A stretch of 64,000 nt of DNA from an uncultured Gammaproteobacteria bacterium (GTDB taxonomy: Bacteria; Patescibacteriota; Patescibacteriia; Patescibacteriales; WJLG01), in assembly GCA_964547855.1 (NCBI GenBank), contig CAZJPG010000006.1, positions 1,660 to 65,659 on the forward strand, given 5' to 3'. The notes under the pieces were generated by a model. It was not told the origin of the DNA, ran no database searches, and was given only the letters and a program-made list of their open reading frames with translations. Made by a program: the position numbers and the translations under genes. Numbering within the stretch: the first letter of the stretch is position 1; every line of letters begins with the position of its first letter. Shown piece after piece: positions 26,210 to 36,120 of this stretch.

Positions 26210-28519
26210 ATGGAAGGAATAAAGGAAAAATTAAAAGGTTTGTCTCCTGCTGAGGCGGCTAGGCGTTTAAAGTCGTACGGGCCAAATGTCATTGAAGAGA
26301 AAAAAGTTAGTCTTATCGCTAAGATGATAAAAGAAATAACATCACCCATCTCTCTGATGTTTATTTTAGCGGCAGGATTGTCTTATTTAGACCATAAAAT
26401 ATTTGATTTTTATTTTATCTTATTGCTTTGGTTGATAAATTTTTCCGTCAGTTTTTGGCAAGAACGCAAGGCTGATAATGCCATCAAGCAGCTCAATAAA
26501 TATCTTAAGATCGATGTTCGCGTGTTGCGCGGCGGAAAATGGAATAGCGTTGATTCGTCTTTGCTCGTTCCTGGTGACATTATCGAGGTTTTTGTCGGAG
26601 ATGTTATTCCGGCCGATCTCAAGGTTGTCGATGAGAGTAATTTTTCCGTCAATGAGGCCGCTTTAACTGGAGAATCTTTGCCGGTCGAAAAACTTTCTGG
26701 GGCGACTGTTTATTCCGGTGCTTTCGTGGTTACCGGTCAGTCCGTGGCTGAAGTGACTGCGACCGGAAAAGGTACATATTTCGGCAAGGTCATTATGTCT
26801 ATTGAGAATGGAGCTAAGCGTAGCTTGTTGGAGAGGGATATTATAACCATTTCGAAATTCTTATCAGTGCTTTCTTTTATAGCTGTGGTCGTGCTTTCTA
26901 CGGTGTTTTTTGTTAAGAATTTTCCGTTGCTGGAAATATTGACGCTTGATTTGAGTTTGGTTATTGCAGGAATACCGATAGCTTTGCCGACGATAATGAC
27001 GCTTATAATTTCTTTGGGTGTACAAAAGCTTTCGCGCGAAAATGTGGTCGTTAGGCGCCTCTCTTCTTTAGAGAATTTGGCCAACGTCAATTTGCTTTTC
27101 ACCGACAAGACCGGCACATTGACTAAAAATAAAATTGTTGTCAGTCAGATATTGCCTTATGAGGGTGATGAGGGGCATGTTTTGCGCTATGCCCGCATGC
27201 CGGCTTGTGAAAATTGCCAAGGAGTCATAGATCAAGCGATAGTCAGTGAATTCGAAAAGAGAAAGGTGGACGAAGACGGCTTGAAGGGTCTCGATTTCAT
27301 TCCGGCTGATTCCAGCCGCAAGAGAAGCTCTGCTTTAATAGAGAAGGATGGTAAGGAGATGTACGTTTCTGTTGGGGCGCCACAAGTGATCGCCGGGCTT
27401 TGTTTGATGGATGAGTCTTTTTCGGAAAGATTTCAAAACGATGTTTATAAGGCGGCCGAGCATGGATTTCGCACTTTGGCCGTGGCTGTTAATTTTGAAA
27501 AAGGAGAGGAGGGCGGCATGCGCTTAATAGGTCTGATAATGCTTTCTGATGAGTTAAGGGATGACGCTAAGACTACCATAGAATTTTTGCGTAGCCGTGG
27601 TGTACGAGTCAAAATGTTGACCGGAGATCATCATGCCATTGGCATGCGTGTCGGCGAATCACTTGGCATATCCAAAAAAGATATTTATTGCGAGGTTTTA
27701 CCTGCTGATAAGTATAATCTTGTCGCCAAAGCCAAGGCTAAAAACGTAGTGGCTGTAACCGGTGATGGTGTTAACGACCTTCCGGCTCTAAAGGCTGCAG
27801 ATGTCGGCTTCGCTGTTAGTAATGCTGTCCCAGCTTTGAAGGGTGCGGCTGATATGGTGTTGTTGTCTTCCGGTATTTCTGTGATCACTACGGCTATAAT
27901 CGAGGCGCGTCGTATATTCGCCCGCATTTATAGCTATTCGGTTTATCGCATCTCTGAAAGTTTTCGCGTGATAATAACTATTCTTGTTTTAGGACTTATA
28001 TTGCGTGAGTATCCATTAACACCAATATAACTTATCCTTTTGGCTATACTAAATGACATTCCGATGGTTTCCTTGGCCTTTAACCGCGTTAACATAGCCA
28101 AGAGACCGTCGACCATAGACGTTAAGGGGCGCTTTATTTTAAGCACTCTTTTTGGCTTGGTGGGCATAGTCAATAGCTTACTATTTCTTGTTATAGCGAT
28201 TAACTATTTTCATTACGGTTGGAGTATTATATCCACTGCCTTTTTCCTTAAGCTGACCGTTTCTGGACACATGCTGTTATTCGTAGCTCATACCGATAAG
28301 CCATGGTATAAATTTTTACCCAGCAAAGAAGTCGTTATCGCCGTCTTAGCTACTCAAGCCTTGGGCACTTTCTTGGCCGCTTTCGGTGCCTTAATGCACC
28401 CAATCCCTTGGTCTTTAGTGGCCTTTGTTTGGGTTTGGTCGTTTATTTGGATGCAAGTTTCTGATGTACTAAAGCTTTTCAAGCATTATTTAGCTAATAA
28501 AAAGAAAAAGTCTAAATAG
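26210..28519 (+). pseudogene. P-type cation-transporting ATPase (type III, H+/Mg-like) interrupted by a single in-frame TAA at 28028-28030
   Basis: DKTGTLTKNK phosphorylation motif and TGDGVNDLPALKAADVGFAV hinge. Reading continues in the same frame after the stop (...EYPLTPI*LILLAILNDIPMVSLAFNRV...) through the last TM helices. Confidence 0.75.
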
Positions 28520-28653
28520 AATTCACGTTGACGATAATGTTTATTTGGAAAAGAAGGTAGTTTGTCTGGGTGTTTTTAAAAATAATTCAGGTCAATAAGT
28601 TATAGGATACCCCCCTAGATCAGCAAAGGCTGGCTAGGGGGTCTTTTATTTTA

Positions 28654-28659
28654 TATAAT
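28654..28659 (+). promoter_or_regulatory. -10 box TATAAT with leaderless geometry
   Basis: The ATG of the 28666 gene begins 6 nt after the hexamer. Confidence 0.4.
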
Positions 28660-28665
28660 ATTGTA

Positions 28666-29193
28666 ATGGAATTCGAATATACAATAAAAGAATCAGCGAG
28701 AGCTAAAAACATAAGATTAACTGTTTCTCGTGACGGCAAGGTTGTGGCGACCAAGCCCAGAAGGATCTCGTCTAAACTTGTCGAAGCCTTCGTTAAAAGC
28801 AAGAAAGACTGGGTAGAGGAATGCCTTAGACGTATAGCCGTTAAAAAAGATTTGGGTCTTATAATGCCTACTAGGGAGGATTTTTTGGCCAACCGTTATA
28901 AATTTCAACGTCTCATCAGGGAAAAATTAGAAAAATTCAATTCTTATTACGGATTTATTTATAAGGTCGTTTCGATAAAAAATACAAAGACCAGACTTGG
29001 GAGCTGTTCTCGTCGTGGCAACCTTAATTTTAGCTATCAATTGACCGCTTATTCTGATAAAGTCATTAACTATGTGGTAGTTCACGAACTTTGTCATCTT
29101 AAAGAATTCAATCATTCTAAAAGATTTTGGGATTTAGTCGAAAAGACGATTCCTGATTATCGACAAATAAGAAAAACTATTAACATTATCTAA
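28666..29193 (+). CDS. YgjP-like (DUF45/M48-type) zinc metallohydrolase
   Basis: HELCHLKEFNHSKRFW (HExxH...H) near the C-terminus. The size is typical of the family. Confidence 0.7.
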   Translation: MEFEYTIKESARAKNIRLTVSRDGKVVATKPRRISSKLVEAFVKSKKDWVEECLRRIAVKKDLGLIMPTREDFLANRYKFQRLIREKLEKFNSYYGFIYKVVSIKNTKTRLGSCSRRGNLNFSYQLTAYSDKVINYVVVHELCHLKEFNHSKRFWDLVEKTIPDYRQIRKTINII

Positions 29194-29271
29194 CTTTTGG
29201 GTATGATAATAGACTTGCCGAAGGGCTATAAAAAAGGTAAAATTGTATAACTTAACAATTAAAATAAAACT

Positions 29272-29829
29272 ATGGAGACAAAACCAAATCTTTTAAAGGC
29301 CATAGCAGGAGAGTCGATGGCTAGAAATAAATACACTTTTTTTGCCAAGATAGCTGCCAAAGAAGGTCTTATTTGGATATCAAAGATCTTTGAGGAGACA
29401 GCTGACAATGAGCGTGCTCATGCTGAGGAAGAGCTTGAACAGATCGACAAGGTCACAGAAATGACCAATACTTATGACATTCATCCTCTTGCCGCGACGC
29501 TGGAGAATTTACGTAATGCCGCCGCTGGCGAGAAGTATGAATTTGAGGTCATGTACCCAACTTTTGAAGCCAAAGCCAAAGAAGAAGGTGATGAGGCTGC
29601 TGCAACATTGTTTCACGAGATAGCCGAAGTTGAGGAGAAGCATTATGAGCGTTACACAAAGATAGCCGACCGTTTGGAGCAGGGCAATTTGCTTTCTGGA
29701 CAAGGCGAGGGAACAGAGTGGAAATGCCTTAATTGCGGTTATATTCATAAAGGCTCCGAAGCCCCTCATGTCTGCCCAGTTTGCAAGAAACCACAGGGCT
29801 GGTATATGCAAATCGGCTTCGTTCAGTAG
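29272..29829 (+). CDS. rbr: Rubrerythrin
   Basis: Di-iron ExxH motifs (NERAHAEEE, EEKHYERY) plus a C-terminal rubredoxin CxxC...CxxC (CLNCG...CPVCKKP). Confidence 0.9.
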   Translation: METKPNLLKAIAGESMARNKYTFFAKIAAKEGLIWISKIFEETADNERAHAEEELEQIDKVTEMTNTYDIHPLAATLENLRNAAAGEKYEFEVMYPTFEAKAKEEGDEAAATLFHEIAEVEEKHYERYTKIADRLEQGNLLSGQGEGTEWKCLNCGYIHKGSEAPHVCPVCKKPQGWYMQIGFVQ

Positions 29830-29921
29830 GCCTCTTTACAATTTTTTATTGGGTGATAAAATATCGATATATTTTTAAAGGGGCTGTTTGGCCCTTATAA
29901 AAGATAATAAAAAAAACGAAT

Positions 29922-30080
29922 ATGTTTTTCGATCCAAACGACGATTTCCAGGATGATGACCTAAACGAAGACGGTCTCGGAGATGACCTCTCTGTTGACG
30001 AAGACGACGAATCAGAGGACGACCTGGAATCACTCGATGAAGAGTATAACGACTCTGACGAGGAAGAAGAGGAGTTCTAA
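29922..30080 (+). CDS. 52-aa extremely acidic peptide
   Basis: MFFDPNDDFQDDDLNEDGLGDDLSVDEDDESEDDLESLDEEYNDSDEEEEEF. Followed by a GC-rich hairpin terminator at ~30090-30135. Below the ORF-track cutoff. Confidence 0.4.
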   Translation: MFFDPNDDFQDDDLNEDGLGDDLSVDEDDESEDDLESLDEEYNDSDEEEEEF

Positions 30081-30234
30081 ATCCACTATCAATCGACCGC
30101 TCCGCCTGTATTATCAGGGCGGGGCGGTTTTTATTTGGCGCGGCATGATGTATGATGGCAAATTAGGTATTTTATGTTGTGTGCAAAAACCAAATTTAGT
30201 ATAATATAAATATAAATATAATTAAAAATTAAGC

Positions 30235-31686
30235 ATGAAAAACAAAGCTATTTTAATTGCGGTCTTCATTCTTTTTTTTCTAGCTATTGGTGGTGTGGTA
30301 TTTTGGTATCTTGCTTACCATGGCTCTAAAGATGTAGTTAAGATAAAAAGAGTGGACGTTAATAAAGATACAGGAGAAGAGAAGACGATAAACATGCAAG
30401 GACATTGGAAGGGCGAGGATCTTAGGGAGAATTTCGTAATGGAAACGATCAAAGAATTCGAGACTAGGAATCCTGATACAAAAGTTAACATTAAGTGGAA
30501 TTTAGATTTTCCAGATGGGCGCGAAGGAGCTTTGCGATCAACGATCAATCAATTCAAGACTGGAAAGATAGACTGGGATATTATCTGGTTAGAGCCTTTC
30601 TACTATCAAGAAATAGCCGAAGGATTGAATGATCAGGACTGGGCTAACAAATATTTAGTTGATTTTGAAAAAGTGCCAGGTTTTAGTGAGACACAAAAAA
30701 CATTCATATTGTCAGACCCTCAGTATCGCAATCATATGAATGGGGTAATAACTGGTCCTTATATAGAGGGCTTCTACCAACCTTTTTTCTATAACAAGGA
30801 TTTGGCCGATAAAATAGGCCTGAACATTAAGGATAATGGAATGACCTTTGACGACCTTAAGGGTTATTTTAAGCAAATAGCCGATTATAATGAGGCCAAC
30901 GATACCAACATCCCAATACTTTACGATAGTGGCGACTATAAAGGCGGTATCGGGTATGCTCCTAGCACTTGGAATATTTTCCAGAGTCTTTTTAGGTCGG
31001 AGTTCTCTGACTTATCAAAAATAGAGAGCGTCGAACATTCAGAAGAGAAGATGAGCGCTGTAAAAAAGGCCTTGGGGTCATTAGAGGAATTGAGTGCATA
31101 TAAACCACTGATTCAAGATTGGGAAAATTTAAATTGGTTCGATACTCGTTACTATGTTTTAGAAGATAAGGCAGTCTTCACTGTTTGTGGAGCAAGTTGG
31201 ATGTATAGTCATTGGCATGGCATAGACGCCAAGAAGACCATGAAGATGGTCCCAGTAGAGATGCCGATGTATCAGCCAGTTGGCCATTATATGGGCGGCT
31301 ACAATCCAATGTTCGCCGTAGCCAAAGATTCTCCGGTCCGTGACGAGGCGGTTGAATTATTAATGTCTTTCAGCACTCCTAATACGGCCGAGAAATGGAT
31401 TAGATATGCTAAGGCGCCGTCCGGAATTAAGGGCAATATAAGTTCTGCTGGAGATGTCTCTCAAAAGACCGATCAGTTCGATAGATTTATAACATATATC
31501 TCTAATAAATACGGTGGAAATGTGTTCGACTCAAAGACGGTTGATTATATTCTCGGAGATAAATATAAAGATCTAACATTATCTTTCACTATGCACCTGG
31601 GCGCTGTTATGGATGGAAAAATGACAGCCGACGAGGCGTATGATGCCATCCTTTCGGACATGAAGGCGGTGGATAGCAAAAAATAA
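30235..31686 (+). CDS. Extracellular solute-binding protein-like (family 1 SBP), membrane anchored
   Basis: N-terminal TM helix and a ~450 aa periplasmic-binding-protein-like body. The stop abuts the kinase start, and no ABC permease is nearby. Confidence 0.55.
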   Translation: MKNKAILIAVFILFFLAIGGVVFWYLAYHGSKDVVKIKRVDVNKDTGEEKTINMQGHWKGEDLRENFVMETIKEFETRNPDTKVNIKWNLDFPDGREGALRSTINQFKTGKIDWDIIWLEPFYYQEIAEGLNDQDWANKYLVDFEKVPGFSETQKTFILSDPQYRNHMNGVITGPYIEGFYQPFFYNKDLADKIGLNIKDNGMTFDDLKGYFKQIADYNEANDTNIPILYDSGDYKGGIGYAPSTWNIFQSLFRSEFSDLSKIESVEHSEEKMSAVKKALGSLEELSAYKPLIQDWENLNWFDTRYYVLEDKAVFTVCGASWMYSHWHGIDAKKTMKMVPVEMPMYQPVGHYMGGYNPMFAVAKDSPVRDEAVELLMSFSTPNTAEKWIRYAKAPSGIKGNISSAGDVSQKTDQFDRFITYISNKYGGNVFDSKTVDYILGDKYKDLTLSFTMHLGAVMDGKMTADEAYDAILSDMKAVDSKK

Positions 31687-31687
31687 G

Positions 31688-33496
31688 ATGATAAGTATAA
31701 GGAGAAAAATGCTGGTGTTGATTTTGACGCCAATAGGAATCATATTGACGCTTATTGGCGGATTGACCGTAAACAACGAGAAAAATGCAGAAAATCAACT
31801 ACTCTTAGATCGCTTTAATTCTTTTCGCGTTCTTTTAGAAAGCGGGGATTTAAGTTTCGACACAACGCAAGACAAGGCTAAATTAGAGAATTTGCTAAGC
31901 GAAAAGGTCGTTTTGTCCGAGATATTGCGAAATGACTATTCCGTAGTCTATTCATCGGAAAATTCAGCTTTGCCACTAATAAGTGAAAGTGAAAAGAATG
32001 ACGTTGATAATGCCTTTGCTGGTTTTGAGACAATAAAGAATGAAGTTGGTGATAATGGAGAGCCGGTATTGTCCGTTGTGACGCCGCTAGTGGTCAATAA
32101 TAAGGTCGTGGCCGTCCTGCATCAAGTATTGTCCAGGGAGGAGTATTTTTCTCGTGTAAGACAATATTCGATCTTTATAATATCGATATCCCTGGTTGGC
32201 ATAATCGTTTCTTATCTTTCAATACATATTTTGCTGTATAGATTGGTGTTGAGAAATATTTTCAAATTAAAGCGATATGCGGACGAAATAAAAAAGGGTA
32301 AACTCGATACAAAAATAGACATTAAGACAGAAGATGAAATAGGCGAGCTAGCGGCAAGTTTCAACCAGATGGTCAAAAAATTATTGGAATCGCGTCGTCA
32401 CATAGAAAAGAACATGGAAGATCTGTCTCGCGAGCATAGCAAACTGTCATCACTGGTCGAGGGTGTTAGACTTGGTGTTGTTATGGTCGATTTGAATTTA
32501 AATGTTATTTTGGCTAACTCGGCCGCGAAAAGCGTTGTGTCTGGGTCTCCAGATAAGGATTTCTCTTTTAAGGAGCTGTCAAAGAAAATAAAGGGGAAAA
32601 TGGATGTCTCTCAGGCCTTGAGTTACTATGTAAAATCGGGAAAATTCTTAAATATTCAAGAGGCCATGATCAATGATAGATATTTTCGCTTTTTCATGTC
32701 CCCAGTTCGTGATATAGCGGAAAAAGTATTCATTGGAGCCGTTATGGTCATGGAGGATATAACCGAAGAGAAGGAATTAGACAAGATGAGGACTGAGATA
32801 ATATCGATCACTTCTCATCAACTAAGGACGCCTTCGACGATAGTAAAAGGTAATTTAGAGATGATCCTTGGCGGCGACCTAGGAAAGGTTAATAAGAAGC
32901 AAAAAGAGTTGCTGGACGATACTTATCTTGGTAACCAGCGAATGATAAGACTTATAAATGACTTGATGGATGTCGCCAAAATAGACGAAGGTAAATTTGT
33001 TTTGAACACGGAGTCTGTGCATTTAGAAGATCTGGTCGATAATGTCGTAAACGCACTCAAACCGTTCGCAAAAGAAAAAAAGGTGTCTTTGAGCTATGAC
33101 CGCCCCAAAGACTCTCTTGCACCAGTAAAAATAAATAGCCAAAGAGTTGGACAGGTTCTGCAAAATCTTATCGATAACGCCATTAAATACAGTAGTGGAC
33201 AGAAGAAAGGCGAGGTCAATATCCAATTAAGAGAAGGAGTGAAGTTTATAGAATTTTTAGTTGCGGATAATGGCATAGGCATCCCAGAAAAAGAGCAAGG
33301 AAAGATGTTCGAGAGGTTTTCAAGAGGTTCAAATTCCACAAAGCTTGACCCAGGTGGTGGAAGCGGCCTTGGTTTATACATAGCCAAAGCTATCGTGGAG
33401 AGCGGAGGGGGAAAGTTGTGGTTCGAATCTAAGGAAAATGCAGGAACGACATTCCACGCCACCTTCCCTTACGATTACGAAGAAAAGAAGGCCTAA
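31688..33496 (+). CDS. Sensor histidine kinase (TM-sensor-TM, HAMP, PAS, HisKA, HATPase_c)
   Basis: H-box ITSHQLRTP, N-box QNLIDNAIKYS, G-boxes DNGIGIP and GGSGLGLYIAKAIVE. Confidence 0.85.
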   Translation: MISIRRKMLVLILTPIGIILTLIGGLTVNNEKNAENQLLLDRFNSFRVLLESGDLSFDTTQDKAKLENLLSEKVVLSEILRNDYSVVYSSENSALPLISESEKNDVDNAFAGFETIKNEVGDNGEPVLSVVTPLVVNNKVVAVLHQVLSREEYFSRVRQYSIFIISISLVGIIVSYLSIHILLYRLVLRNIFKLKRYADEIKKGKLDTKIDIKTEDEIGELAASFNQMVKKLLESRRHIEKNMEDLSREHSKLSSLVEGVRLGVVMVDLNLNVILANSAAKSVVSGSPDKDFSFKELSKKIKGKMDVSQALSYYVKSGKFLNIQEAMINDRYFRFFMSPVRDIAEKVFIGAVMVMEDITEEKELDKMRTEIISITSHQLRTPSTIVKGNLEMILGGDLGKVNKKQKELLDDTYLGNQRMIRLINDLMDVAKIDEGKFVLNTESVHLEDLVDNVVNALKPFAKEKKVSLSYDRPKDSLAPVKINSQRVGQVLQNLIDNAIKYSSGQKKGEVNIQLREGVKFIEFLVADNGIGIPEKEQGKMFERFSRGSNSTKLDPGGGSGLGLYIAKAIVESGGGKLWFESKENAGTTFHATFPYDYEEKKA

Positions 33497-33572
33497 TGAC
33501 CAATTTTAGTGGCTGAACGACTAATTGAGTATAGTTAATTTTTATTATTTGCGGCCAAGATGCCGAGTTAAT

Positions 33573-33965
33573 ATGAAAAAAAAGATAAAAGTATTTTTAG
33601 TGGAGGACGATCCAATGATCATAAGGATGTACGAGCGCAAATTAAATATAGAAGGATTTGATTTGACGTTGGCATTCAATGGCATCGAGGCAATGAAGGC
33701 ATTAAAGAAAAAAAAGCCGGACATAATCCTTTTGGATGTGATGATGCCGAAGATGAATGGCTTCGAAACCCTAAAAGCTATAAAAGACGATCCAAAATTT
33801 AAGGATATTCCGGTAGTTATATTGACCAATCTTGGAGACAAAGAAGATGACGTTAAAAAAATGAAGGAATTCGGAGCGGAGGATTATTGGGTAAAAGCCA
33901 ATGTCACGTTAGGTGAAATAATCGAAGGAATTAAAAAAATAATAGAAAAAAGATCGGCGAAATAA
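33573..33965 (+). CDS. Single-domain response regulator (CheY-like receiver only)
   Basis: VEDDP, phospho-acceptor ILLDVMMPKMNG, and LTNLGDK...K motifs. No output domain. Confidence 0.85.
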   Translation: MKKKIKVFLVEDDPMIIRMYERKLNIEGFDLTLAFNGIEAMKALKKKKPDIILLDVMMPKMNGFETLKAIKDDPKFKDIPVVILTNLGDKEDDVKKMKEFGAEDYWVKANVTLGEIIEGIKKIIEKRSAK

Positions 33966-34080
33966 GGATCCTCTCTCAAATATATTCTTGTGCCGTAATT
34001 ATGTAATTAATTACGTAATTTTAAAATGTAAAAAAAACCGCCCCCATCACTTTGTAGTGGATGAAGGGCGGTGGTTGGAT

Positions 34081-35085
34081 TTAGACGCGCATAGCGTCTT
34101 TTTGATATTGTTTGAGCGTTAAGCCGGTTAAGCGCAAAACTATTTCATTATAACGTCTTCCGGCTTCATCGATGACGTCCTGAGGAACCTTGAGCGAGTG
34201 AACGAAAGCGACATGCTCATCGTTCTCCGGGTCAAGGTTGTTGATCCCAACGACATTGAAAGGCGTCTCAACTCCTTTGCCCCATTGTCTTACGACTTCT
34301 TTGTCGTAAAAAGTAGGTTCTTTACCGTTGGCAAGGGCTTTTTCCCAATCCTTTTTATCGGCAAAGCGAGAAGAGTCTGGCGTCAATATTTCATCAACTA
34401 CGCAACTATCCGAAGACTCGAATTTTGTGTCGAGTATCAAAATGCCGCGTTTTTCTGCGTATTCGTAGGCATCTGCATACATGTCGGAAAGCATGTGCAC
34501 CATGTCTGACCCGGTATTGCCGGTTGCCTCGAAAAATTTTGACGGTTCGACCGGTAAATCATGTCCATTATCAGCTTTGGTGGTTGGTGTAAAGATCGGT
34601 TCTTCGAGCTTGCTCCATTTCGGCAGATTCGGCGGTAAATATTTTTCTGCCACGTAGCCATCATTCTCGATATACTTTTTGTACACCGAACCACCGATGT
34701 GGTGTCGATATATAAGCTCGAATGGCAGAAGTTTGCCTGAGAGATCTCTGACAAGCAAAGATCTTTCCAGTTGAAGTTCTGGGTACCATTTTTTGTACGT
34801 ATGCAACGCCTTTGCCATATCCATTGATAGGTGGTTGGGGTAGTCGCTGAGAATCGTGGTTAACCAGAAATGAGTCAAGGCGGTCAAGCATTCTCCTTTA
34901 AAGGGGATGATCGCAGAGAGGACAAAATCAAAGATACTTAGGCGGTCAGTGGCCACGACCAGCAACTCCCTTTCGTTTATTTTGTAAGTATCACGAACTT
35001 TGCCCTGGTGTATCCGATCAAGACTGTACGATGACAGATGATAGCTGTGCGGGCTTTCCGCCACGCAAGACGGTATTTTAGGCAT
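34081..35085 (-). CDS. purC: Phosphoribosylaminoimidazole-succinocarboxamide (SAICAR) synthase
   Basis: GKVRDTYKINERELLVVATDRLSIFD and ILDTKFE motifs. Long-form (334 aa) PurC. Confidence 0.85.
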   Translation of the reverse strand: MPKIPSCVAESPHSYHLSSYSLDRIHQGKVRDTYKINERELLVVATDRLSIFDFVLSAIIPFKGECLTALTHFWLTTILSDYPNHLSMDMAKALHTYKKWYPELQLERSLLVRDLSGKLLPFELIYRHHIGGSVYKKYIENDGYVAEKYLPPNLPKWSKLEEPIFTPTTKADNGHDLPVEPSKFFEATGNTGSDMVHMLSDMYADAYEYAEKRGILILDTKFESSDSCVVDEILTPDSSRFADKKDWEKALANGKEPTFYDKEVVRQWGKGVETPFNVVGINNLDPENDEHVAFVHSLKVPQDVIDEAGRRYNEIVLRLTGLTLKQYQKDAMRV

Positions 35086-35099
35086 GAAGCCTCCTTCTT

Positions 35100-35663
35100 T
35101 TATTGTGGTTGTGATTTTAATTTTGCTAACTCTATCGCCTCTGACAGCGTCATATTGAGCTGTGGCGGTATTTTTTTCAGTTCGATTTTGGGTAATTCTC
35201 CGGTCGCGGCATAGACACAGGCACGATAGAAGCCTTGCTCGCCAAAAAAGATGCCTTCTTCATCTCTGTAGATGACCTGTGTTCCGGGGACGCAGCTAAT
35301 GCTTAGTATTGCGGCGGTGTTGTGATCGTTGTCGGCGCTTGCACTGGTTTGCTTTTTGTCTTCTAGTGGCACACCAATGACGACAAGTTTGTCGTTGATC
35401 ATGGTATAACGCAAGAAAGCATCGGAGCATCCCGGCAAATGCGCGGCCGATCCAGCGGCGGTTATAATGATGACATCCTGATTTGTTGGGTCGCAGGCCA
35501 GGTCCTCAAGTATTTCCTCTACACGTCTGGTGTGACGGTGCTGACTGGCGACATGGACCTGTAGAACAGAAACGAGATCAGTGTTCGAGGCGAAATATTC
35601 AAACCCCTTTAAACACTGTGGCAGGTCATTCTCTGACCCGATCAGAAAAATCACTTTTCTCAT
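35100..35663 (-). CDS. purE: PurE-family (N5-)carboxyaminoimidazole ribonucleotide mutase
   Basis: MRKVIFLIGSENDLP...VASQHRHTRRV...IIITAAGSAAHLPG. GGAGG SD before the ATG at 35663. Confidence 0.8.
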   Translation of the reverse strand: MRKVIFLIGSENDLPQCLKGFEYFASNTDLVSVLQVHVASQHRHTRRVEEILEDLACDPTNQDVIIITAAGSAAHLPGCSDAFLRYTMINDKLVVIGVPLEDKKQTSASADNDHNTAAILSISCVPGTQVIYRDEEGIFFGEQGFYRACVYAATGELPKIELKKIPPQLNMTLSEAIELAKLKSQPQ

Positions 35664-35718
35664 ACGAAAACCTCCTTTTGGTTGTTTTAAAAATGCGTTG
35701 TCAAGGATTGAAGTGGTT

Positions 35719-35747
35719 ATATTAACCCAGTTGGACAAAAAAGTCAA
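35719..35747 (-). promoter_or_regulatory. Sigma70-type promoter of purE-purC
   Basis: Minus-strand TTGACT, 17 nt spacer, TAATAT. Confidence 0.5.
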
Positions 35748-35940
35748 AGCAAGGTCTTTACATATTTTTAAATATGCTTTATTATATTTTTCATAAGATT
35801 TTAATCATTTTTTCATGAGAGCGTTTCGCTGACAACAGCAAAAACAATCTACTTAACTAGGAGATGAAAAGCATCGTCGTTCGCGCCATTTTGGGTGGAC
35901 ACACCTCTTACAAGTTAGTGGGATGAAGAGCTTTACGGCT

Positions 35941-35972
35941 CGCCGAATAACATTCGGGCGGGTTTTTTATTT
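35941..35972 (+). terminator. Intrinsic terminator after an orphan 20-codon ORF/sRNA
   Basis: cgccgaat-aaca-ttcgggcg followed by ggtttttt atttt. Confidence 0.6.
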
Positions 35973-36120
35973 TGGCAAAAATTATTGGAGCATAAGTAAT
36001 AAGTTTGCAGACTTGGGTCGGTAGAATGCCAATCCAAGCCTGACAAGTTATTACATCGATCGATAATGAAAGATCAGGAAAATAGTTCTTTTTAACAATA
36101 AACAATTAAGGGGGTCGAAA

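Noticed and set aside
28028-28030. Genome-wide stop-codon reassignment as an explanation for the in-frame TAA in the P-type ATPase. This includes the UGA recoding known in some candidate phyla.
   Set aside because: TAA, TGA and TAG all terminate well-defined genes here, immediately before intrinsic terminators (for example TGA at 10503 and 4714, and TAA at many genes). The interrupting codon is TAA, not TGA.
29983-30204. 73-aa track ORF overlapping the acidic mini-gene and its terminator.
   Set aside because: It runs straight through a GC-rich terminator hairpin and is in a different frame from the strikingly biased acidic ORF. It has no SD.
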